42,930 nt of DNA, taken from the sequence record SRR20825006_904; one strand, 5' to 3'. Position numbers and translations under genes: made by a program. Shown piece by piece: positions 35,945 through 42,930 of this stretch (position 1 is its first letter; the number at the start of each line of letters is the position of its first letter). The notes beneath the pieces are model-generated. The model ran no database searches, was not told the DNA's origin, and saw only the letters and a list, made by a program, of their open reading frames with translations.

Positions 35945-37171
35945 TCAGGTGCGGTATTCAGCGTTGATTTTGACGTAGTCGTAAGAGAAGTCACAGGTCC
36001 AGACCTTGTCTTCAGCCTGCCCCCGACCCAGCCAGACGGTAATATCAATCTCGGCCTTGTCCATCACTGCCTGTCCTTTTTCTTCAGTGTAGTCACTGGC
36101 AGGCTGCCCCTGATCGACAATACGGACATCACCAATATTGATGCTGACTGTACTGACATCAAGATCCTCAATACCACTGCGGCCTACCGCAGCGAGAATC
36201 CGCCCCCAGTTGGGGTCGGAAGCAAACAAGGCGGTTTTAACCAATGGTGAGTGAGCAATGGCATAAGCGGCCATTCGGCACTCTTCCTGGCTCTCTCCCT
36301 GTTTGACGTAAATTGAAATAAACTTAGTTGCACCCTCACCATCACGCACAACAGCCTGGGCCAGGTAGTGGCAAATCTCAGTCAGTGCTGCCAGTAGACG
36401 CTCACCCTCTTCGCTGGTGATGGAGTCAATAATTTTGTTGCCGGCTTGACCTGTTGCCACTAAAACACAGGCATCATTGGTCGAGGTATCACCATCGACC
36501 GTAATGCGGTTAAACGACTGGTTCATCGCTTTGTGTAGCATCGTGGTCAACACGGCATGACTGACTGCGGCATCCGTAGTGATATAAGCCAGCATGGTCG
36601 CCATATCAGGCCGAATCATGCCAGCACCTTTAGCCATCCCGGTAATGGTTACCGTCTTGCCAGCCAGCGTCAGCTGCATCGATTTGGCTTTGGCTACCGT
36701 GTCCGTGGTCATGATCGCCTGCGCCGCCTGCAACCAGTTATTTTCAGCCAGCTTTTGCATGGCCTCCGGCAACACAGCGGTGATCTTATCAACCGGCAAT
36801 GGCTGGCCGATAACACCGGTTGAAAACGGCAGGACGGCACTGGCATCAATACCGGCCAAATCCGCCACCGACTGACAGCAATGTCTGGCTGCCTGCATAC
36901 CGGTTTCACCGGTACCGGCATTGGCATTGCCTGAATTAATCAGCAGGTAACGACTGGCGGCATGTTTCTGATTTTGTCTCGCCAGAATGACCGGCGCCGC
37001 ACAAAAAGCATTACGGGTATAAACGGCAGCCGTTTCACTGCCTTCAGCCAGTTCCATCAGCACCACATCCTGACGGCCGGGCTTTTTAATGCCGGCACTG
37101 ACTGTCGCCAGCCGAATGCCAGCCACCGGCAACAGATCTTCTGCTAACGGTGCAGTCAGATTAACCGCCAT
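35945..37171 (-). CDS. argJ: Bifunctional glutamate N-acetyltransferase / amino-acid acetyltransferase
   Basis: NSGNANAGTG, IMTTDT, AKGAGMIRPDMATML (autocleavage Thr), DGDTSTND, DGEGATK and NAEYRT. Confidence 0.98.
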   Translation of the reverse strand: MAVNLTAPLAEDLLPVAGIRLATVSAGIKKPGRQDVVLMELAEGSETAAVYTRNAFCAAPVILARQNQKHAASRYLLINSGNANAGTGETGMQAARHCCQSVADLAGIDASAVLPFSTGVIGQPLPVDKITAVLPEAMQKLAENNWLQAAQAIMTTDTVAKAKSMQLTLAGKTVTITGMAKGAGMIRPDMATMLAYITTDAAVSHAVLTTMLHKAMNQSFNRITVDGDTSTNDACVLVATGQAGNKIIDSITSEEGERLLAALTEICHYLAQAVVRDGEGATKFISIYVKQGESQEECRMAAYAIAHSPLVKTALFASDPNWGRILAAVGRSGIEDLDVSTVSINIGDVRIVDQGQPASDYTEEKGQAVMDKAEIDITVWLGRGQAEDKVWTCDFSYDYVKINAEYRT

Positions 37172-39894
37172 TAATTGATGGCTCCGTGGCAGTGCTTGAA
37201 CTTCTTACCGCTGCCACAGGGACAGGGGTCATTACGGCCGACTTTGCTGCCGTCACGGGTATAAGGCTGAGCAGCCTGTGGTGTTTCGGACTCGGCTTCA
37301 GCTTCTTCCTGTCCCATTTTCTGGGCATCATCGTGCTGATACTGCACATCGCCACTCTGACGGCGCTGCTGCTCGACGGCATCGACATCTTCCGGTGCAC
37401 GTACCTGAACCCGCGAGATAACTCGAATCACTTCGTGTTTGATATTATCGAGCATAGTGGTGAACAGGCTGAAAGATTCACGCTTGTATTCCTGCTTGGG
37501 ATCTTTCTGCGCATAACCCCGCAGATTGATACCGGTACGCAGGTAATCCATCTGCGCCAGATGCTCTTTCCACTGGCTATCCAGCGTCTGCAGCATCACC
37601 GCTTTCTCAAAGTGACGCATCAGTTCTTCACCGACGGTCTCTTCTTTGGCCTTATAGGCCTTTTCAGCCTCTTCCAGAATGCGTTCGCGCAGACTTTCCT
37701 CGTGCAGGCTGTCATCATTTTCCAGCCAGTCACTGATATCGAATTCCAGCGCATATTCATCACGCAGCGCCTGTTCCAGCCCAGGTACGTCCCATTGCTC
37801 ATCAATACTGTTGGGCGGGATGTAAATACTGATAGTGTCATTGATAACCGTGTTGCGCATGGAAGCGATGGTTTCCGACACATCATCCGCCGCCATCAAC
37901 TCATTGCGTTGCTCATAAACCACTTTCCGCTGATCATTCGCAACATCATCAAATTCCAGCAGTTGTTTACGAATATCAAAGTTATGACCTTCGACCTTAC
38001 GCTGCGCATTCTCGATGGCGCGCGTCACCCACGGATGTTCAATCGCTTCGCCTTCTTCCATGCCCAGTTTCTGCATCAGACCGGCCATCCGCTCAGAGGC
38101 AAAAATACGCATCAGGTTATCTTCCAGCGACAGATAGAAACGGGTTGAGCCCGGATCACCCTGACGACCGGAACGGCCACGCAGCTGATTATCAATACGG
38201 CGTGATTCATGACGCTCGGTACCAATGATATGTAAGCCACCGACAGCCAGAACCTTGTCATGCCGGTTCATCCAGTCAGCGCGGATTTTTTCTTTGGTTT
38301 CCTCAGTGGCGTCTTCCGGCAGATCGTCAAGCTCGGCTTCCAGACTGCCGCCCAATACAATATCAGTACCCCGACCGGCCATATTGGTAGCAATTGTCAC
38401 CGCACCCGGACGACCGGCATTGGCAATAATCTGGGCTTCTTTTTCGTGGAATTTGGCATTGAGTACTTCATGCTTGATTTTGGCTTTGTTCAGCATGTTT
38501 GACAGCACTTCAGAGCTTTCAATCGAAGCGGTACCGACCAGCACCGGCTGTTCACGTGTCTGGCAGTCCTGGATATCCTCCAGAATGGCCTGGAATTTCT
38601 CCTGGCCGGTCAGGTAAATACGATCGGCTTCGTCCTTACGTTGCATCTCTTTGTGGGTTGGAATAACCACCACTTCCAGACCGTAAATGGAGTTCAGCTC
38701 GAAAGCTTCGGTATCGGCCGTACCGGTCATCCCGGAAAGCTTATTGTAGAGACGGAAATAATTCTGGAATGTAATCGAAGCCAGGGTCTGGTTTTCGTTC
38801 TGAATCTTGACGCCTTCTTTCGCCTCCACCGCCTGATGCAGACCTTCAGACCAGCGGCGGCCGGGCATGCTGCGGCCGGTGAACTCATCAACGATAACAA
38901 TCTGATTATCCTGAACCATGTAGTCCACATCACGCTGGAACAGGACATGGGCCCGTAAGGCGGCAGTCACATGATGCATCAGACCGATATTGGCCGCATC
39001 GTAGAGACTGGCGTCTTCTGCCAAGAGGCCGGCTTCGGTCAGTAAAATTTCAATTTTTTCGTGGCCGGCTTCGGTGAAGTGAACCTGTTTGTTTTTTTCA
39101 TCAACCGTATAATCACCCGGTTTGGTGACTTCCTCACCCTCACCTTCCTGCCTTTCAAGACTCGGGATCAGAGTATTGATTTGCTGATAAAGCGCCGAGC
39201 TGTCTTCAGCTGGACCTGAAATAATCAGTGGTGTCCGAGCCTCATCAATCAGAATCGAGTCGACTTCGTCAATAACAGCAAAATTGAGCCCACGCTGGAC
39301 TTTTTCTTCAATGCGGAAAGCCATATTATCGCGCAGATAATCAAAGCCGAATTCATTATTGGTACCATAGGTGATATCACAGGCATAAGCGGCCCGACGT
39401 TCTTCACTGCCCAGACCACCGATAATGACGCCGGTGCTCAGGCCAAGAAAACCGTAAAGCTTACTCATCCAGGCAGCATCACGACGAGCCAGGTAATCAT
39501 TCACGGTAATAACATGAACACCATTGCCCGGCAGCGCATTAAGATAAACCGCCAGCGTTGCTACCAGGGTTTTACCTTCACCGGTTTTCATTTCGGCAAT
39601 CTTGCCGTCATTGAGCACCATGCCGCCGATCATCTGCACATCAAAATGGCGCATACCCAATACACGTTTACTGGTTTCACGGACAACGGCAAAGGCTTCC
39701 GGCAGAATATCATCCAGGCTCTTACCGTCATTCAACTGCTGGCGGAACTCTGCGGTTTTGGCTTTAAGTGCTTCATCATCGAGTTTTTCGATATCGGCTT
39801 CCAACGCAGCTATGTCATCAACAACCTTGCGGAGTTTTTTCAGAACCCGTTCATTGCGACTGCCAAATATCTTGCTGAAAAACTTGCTTACCAT
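37171..39894 (-). CDS. secA: Preprotein translocase ATPase SecA
   Basis: [50 protein letters not shown] and the SEC-C motif [23 protein letters not shown] overlap with argJ. Confidence 0.99.
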   Translation of the reverse strand: MVSKFFSKIFGSRNERVLKKLRKVVDDIAALEADIEKLDDEALKAKTAEFRQQLNDGKSLDDILPEAFAVVRETSKRVLGMRHFDVQMIGGMVLNDGKIAEMKTGEGKTLVATLAVYLNALPGNGVHVITVNDYLARRDAAWMSKLYGFLGLSTGVIIGGLGSEERRAAYACDITYGTNNEFGFDYLRDNMAFRIEEKVQRGLNFAVIDEVDSILIDEARTPLIISGPAEDSSALYQQINTLIPSLERQEGEGEEVTKPGDYTVDEKNKQVHFTEAGHEKIEILLTEAGLLAEDASLYDAANIGLMHHVTAALRAHVLFQRDVDYMVQDNQIVIVDEFTGRSMPGRRWSEGLHQAVEAKEGVKIQNENQTLASITFQNYFRLYNKLSGMTGTADTEAFELNSIYGLEVVVIPTHKEMQRKDEADRIYLTGQEKFQAILEDIQDCQTREQPVLVGTASIESSEVLSNMLNKAKIKHEVLNAKFHEKEAQIIANAGRPGAVTIATNMAGRGTDIVLGGSLEAELDDLPEDATEETKEKIRADWMNRHDKVLAVGGLHIIGTERHESRRIDNQLRGRSGRQGDPGSTRFYLSLEDNLMRIFASERMAGLMQKLGMEEGEAIEHPWVTRAIENAQRKVEGHNFDIRKQLLEFDDVANDQRKVVYEQRNELMAADDVSETIASMRNTVINDTISIYIPPNSIDEQWDVPGLEQALRDEYALEFDISDWLENDDSLHEESLRERILEEAEKAYKAKEETVGEELMRHFEKAVMLQTLDSQWKEHLAQMDYLRTGINLRGYAQKDPKQEYKRESFSLFTTMLDNIKHEVIRVISRVQVRAPEDVDAVEQQRRQSGDVQYQHDDAQKMGQEEAEAESETPQAAQPYTRDGSKVGRNDPCPCGSGKKFKHCHGAIN

Positions 39895-39975
39895 GATTTC
39901 GCCTTATTGGTTGTTGCGGCGCGAACACCGGAAAATTAACTATAAATCGCGTGATTATAGCGCGTACCCGCTCGC

Positions 39976-40017
39976 GGATTGAAGCCTGTTCAATCCAGAT
40001 GGAGGCCTGCTCCATTG
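39976..40017. repeat. Tandem 21-bp palindromic repeat upstream of secA
   Basis: GGATTGAA-GCCTG-TTCAATCC followed directly by AGATGGAG-GCCTG-CTCCATTG. Confidence 0.7.
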
Positions 40018-40034
40018 AAAACAAGAGGGGATCG

Positions 40035-40952
40035 TTATTTGATGAAGTTATACGGGTTGACGTGTTGACCGTCGCGCAGCACCTCAAAGTGCACATGCGG
40101 GCCGGTTGACCGACCGGTCGAGCCCATCAGCGCCAGTGTCTCGCCTTTATTGACGCGATCACCTTTTTTAACCTTGATGGTTTTGTTGTGCGCATAACGG
40201 GAGACATAACCATTGCCATGATCGACTTCTACCAGCCCGCCATAGCCACCGCGCTCACCCACCCAGGTGACGATGCCATCGGCCACGGATAAAACATTAC
40301 TGCCACTTCTGGCGGCGATATCCAGGCCTTCGTGGAAGGTCTTTTTACCATTAAAGGGATCGATCCGGTAACCATAGAATGACGATACCCAGCCATCTTC
40401 CACGGGTTTACCCGTGGGAATACTGGCGGCGATGGTATCTTCGGTCAGCAGGTATTGTTCCAGCGACGCCAGCGCTTCTTCCTGGCTACGGAGTTCATCG
40501 GAGAGTGCTTCAATACCACGGTCGAGTGCCTCGCTACTGAGTGGCGTACCATCCTGATCAATCCCTCCCAGTGAAGGATGCTCATCCAGGGAGAAAGCCG
40601 CACTGTCAAAGCCGGCAATTTCTGCCAGTCGTTCACTGAACATGCGCAAACGGATGGTTTCCGCCTGCAAACCACCCAATTGTTGTGCATAAAAATTGGT
40701 GACAGACTCATCCTGTGCGGTGGTCTGGGTTTCATTGTCCGAAGGGCTGAAACTACTTGAAGAACTGAGAGAAGAGGAAGGGACCGGATTGAACTGTGCG
40801 GGTTTAGCATTGTTGTGCAACCAGTTCGCAAAACTGTAGCTGCTGATACTGACCAGGCTCACCATAACGGCTGCCAGCACCAGCAGCTTCGATCGCGTCA
40901 GGTGCCAATGCTTATGTGTCTTACTGTTTGAGGATATAATGATAACCTGCAT
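40035..40952 (-). CDS. M23 family peptidoglycan endopeptidase
   Basis: N-terminal TM, coiled coil, HEGLD (HxxxD), RYAHN and STGPHVHFE (HxH); conserved position between lpxC/dciA and secA. Confidence 0.93.
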   Translation of the reverse strand: MQVIIISSNSKTHKHWHLTRSKLLVLAAVMVSLVSISSYSFANWLHNNAKPAQFNPVPSSSLSSSSSFSPSDNETQTTAQDESVTNFYAQQLGGLQAETIRLRMFSERLAEIAGFDSAAFSLDEHPSLGGIDQDGTPLSSEALDRGIEALSDELRSQEEALASLEQYLLTEDTIAASIPTGKPVEDGWVSSFYGYRIDPFNGKKTFHEGLDIAARSGSNVLSVADGIVTWVGERGGYGGLVEVDHGNGYVSRYAHNKTIKVKKGDRVNKGETLALMGSTGRSTGPHVHFEVLRDGQHVNPYNFIK

Positions 40953-40980
40953 TTTTATCCTTTCTCAGTCATAATTAATC

Positions 40981-41421
40981 ATGTCTCAAAAACCCGAGCG
41001 TTTAGAGCAAGTCTACAAACAGAACAGCCACTTCAAATGGCTGGCTGCACGCGCTCGACAACTGAACAAGCTTAACATTATTTTGCAAAAAAGCTTGCCT
41101 TTACAATTCGTCAATCACTGCCGGCTCGCAAACATCAGCGCCGATAGAGTGATTGTGCATACTGACAAAGCCGCCTTTGCCAGTCTGCTGCGTTTCCAGG
41201 CCCCGCAAGTATGCAAAGCACTGTCTGCACATTTACCCGAACCGGTTAATCGGCTGGAAGTCAAAGTCCGCCCGCTGACAAACATCAGCCGACCTGACAG
41301 TGAAAATAATATCCATTTATCTACAAAAACAGCGGCACTTATTGAAAGCACCGCTGCTGATATTGAGGACGGTCCATTAAAAACCGCCCTCAGCAAACTG
41401 GCGAAGCGTCAGTCAGACTAA
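40981..41421 (+). CDS. dciA: DciA (DUF721) family protein
   Basis: LP...HCRLAN...AAFASLLRF...LEVKVRP with a helical tail (LKTALSKLA); typical lpxC-dciA-M23-secA synteny. Confidence 0.8.
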   Translation: MSQKPERLEQVYKQNSHFKWLAARARQLNKLNIILQKSLPLQFVNHCRLANISADRVIVHTDKAAFASLLRFQAPQVCKALSAHLPEPVNRLEVKVRPLTNISRPDSENNIHLSTKTAALIESTAADIEDGPLKTALSKLAKRQSD

Positions 41422-41423
41422 AC

Positions 41424-42341
41424 CTAACTGGTCAGCGAGGCTGCGGGACGACTGAAAAGAATGGGGGCATCTTTGTCGTCTTCGAAGCTGACCAGTTCCC
41501 AGGCATCTTCCTGCGCGATCAGTTTGCGTAACAGTTTGTTGTTGACTTCGTGGCCGGATTTATAACCACTGAAAGCCCCGATAAGACTGTGGCCCAGCAG
41601 ATACAAGTCACCAATGGCATCCAGCACTTTATGGCGGACAAATTCGTCTTCATAACGCAGGCCGTCTTCATTGAGAACCCGGTAATCATCGACGACGATG
41701 GCATTATCCATGCTGCCACCCAGTGCCAGATTATTCTCACGCAGTTTTTCAATATCTTTCATAAAGCCGAAGGTACGGGCACGACTGACTTCACGGACAA
41801 ATGATGTGGAGGAGAAGTCAACATCAACCTGTTGCGGTCGTCCGGTAAAGGCGGGATGCTCGAAATCAATGGTGAACGAAACCTTGAATCCGTCAAACGG
41901 TTCAAACTTGGCCCATTTATCACCATCCTCCAGTACCACCGGCTTTTTGATACGGATAAACTGCTTGGCAACATTCTGCTCTTCGATGCCAGCTGACTGT
42001 ACCAGGAACACAAAAGGTCCGGCACTGCCATCCATGATCGGCACTTCAGGCGCATTAAGATCAATATAGGCATTATCGATACCCAGACCGGCGAAAGCTG
42101 ACAATAAGTGTTCAACCGTCGACACACGTTGACCGTGCTCGATCAAGGTTGTCGACAATGATGTTTCACCGACGTTTTCGGCCTTGGCCTGTATTTCGAC
42201 CACCGGGTCAAGATCGACCCTGCGGAAAATAATACCTGTATTGGGGGCAGCCGGACGCAGGGTGAGATAGACCATCTCGCCGCTATGCAAACCGACACCG
42301 GTGGCACGAATCACATTCTTCAATGTTCGTTGCTTTATCAC
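41424..42341 (-). CDS. lpxC: UDP-3-O-acyl-N-acetylglucosamine deacetylase
   Basis: QRTLK...[32 protein letters not shown] and [11 protein letters not shown]. Confidence 0.99.
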   Translation of the reverse strand: MIKQRTLKNVIRATGVGLHSGEMVYLTLRPAAPNTGIIFRRVDLDPVVEIQAKAENVGETSLSTTLIEHGQRVSTVEHLLSAFAGLGIDNAYIDLNAPEVPIMDGSAGPFVFLVQSAGIEEQNVAKQFIRIKKPVVLEDGDKWAKFEPFDGFKVSFTIDFEHPAFTGRPQQVDVDFSSTSFVREVSRARTFGFMKDIEKLRENNLALGGSMDNAIVVDDYRVLNEDGLRYEDEFVRHKVLDAIGDLYLLGHSLIGAFSGYKSGHEVNNKLLRKLIAQEDAWELVSFEDDKDAPILFSRPAASLTS

Positions 42342-42426
42342 GGTGTATTACCCCCTTATACAATTACAGATCAAATAATATTACCATAAGCAGAAGTTCA
42401 CCAGCCAACTTTACAGAATTTTACAC

Positions 42427-42930
42427 TCAGTCAGCCTGACGACGCAGGAATGCCGGAATATCCAGATAGTCCATGTTGACATCGCCATTGGCCACTTGTT
42501 TCTGCTGGCTGTCTTTTTCCTTACGGATCACGGTGGGTTCGTCATAATCGATTTCCACTGATTTCTTGACGATTTCGATCTGCGGAGACTCGGCTTCAGG
42601 TGCTTTCGCGACGGCCACCCTCTCACCACCCAGACCTGTTGCTACGACGGTGACGCGAAGTTCATCAGTCATATCCGGATCGATGACCGTACCGACCACG
42701 ACAGTAGCGTCATCAGAAGCAAATTCTTTAACGGTATTACCGACTTCTTCAAACTCGCCGATGCTCATATCGAGACCTGCAGTGATGTTGACCAGCACAC
42801 CACGCGCACCCGCCAAATCGACATCTTCCAGCAGCGGGCTCGACACAGCCAGCTTGGCTGCTTCACGGGCACGGTTTTCACCGGAAGCATGGCCGGTTCC
42901 CATCATCGCCATACCCATTTCTGACATCAC
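42427..42930 (-). CDS. ftsZ: Cell division protein FtsZ (C-terminal part; 5' end outside the window)
   Basis: MGMAMMGTG, SPLLEDVDLAGARGVLVNIT, VTVVATG and a C-terminal LDIPAFLRRQAD. Confidence 0.99.
   Translation of the reverse strand: MMSEMGMAMMGTGHASGENRAREAAKLAVSSPLLEDVDLAGARGVLVNITAGLDMSIGEFEEVGNTVKEFASDDATVVVGTVIDPDMTDELRVTVVATGLGGERVAVAKAPEAESPQIEIVKKSVEIDYDEPTVIRKEKDSQQKQVANGDVNMDYLDIPAFLRRQAD

Noticed and set aside
37186-38148. 320-aa plus-strand ORF
   Set aside because: It is antisense to secA and has no recognisable motifs, so it is a codon-bias shadow. The same applies to the many short ORFs overlapping assigned genes.
39976-40017. Palindromic repeats as a CRISPR remnant
   Set aside because: Only two directly abutting units, with no spacer and no cas genes.
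40735-40785. Ser-rich low-complexity tract in the M23 peptidase
   Set aside because: An ordinary flexible linker, not a contingency repeat.

Overview
A 42.9-kb core-chromosomal window from a gammaproteobacterium. An MxaH-like lipoprotein suggests a methylotroph, possibly Methylophaga-like; this is an inference. It is almost entirely housekeeping genes, in this order: xerD (partial); the rpsP-rimM-trmD-rplS operon; ffh; ypjD and yfjD; a FimW-like PilZ protein; asmA-mutY-yggX; a csp gene; three envelope proteins of unknown function; uup, yheS and ung; an mxaH-like gene; cpxP/cpxRA; msrB, a GIY-YIG gene and ybiT; SYLF and ASCH genes; an FNT-dodecin-flavoprotein disulfide reductase operon; deaD; spmAB; a prolyl-hydroxylase-like gene with def and a PNPOx-like gene; DUF3549; and argJ, secA, an M23 peptidase, dciA, lpxC and ftsZ (partial). 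I saw no mobile element, prophage, CRISPR array, tRNA or rRNA. The most interesting signals are non-coding. (1) A self-contained candidate Fur-repressed small RNA at about 23696-23799, with a sigma70 promoter, an overlapping Fur box, a CU-rich seed and a terminator. (2) A CpxQ-like 3'-UTR hairpin behind cpxP whose loop exposes an anti-Shine-Dalgarno-like sequence. (3) A tandem pair of 21-bp palindromes with compensatory substitutions upstream of secA. (4) A possible leaderless uORF overlapping the yheS start. All identifications come from motif recognition and gene context only; no database searches were run.
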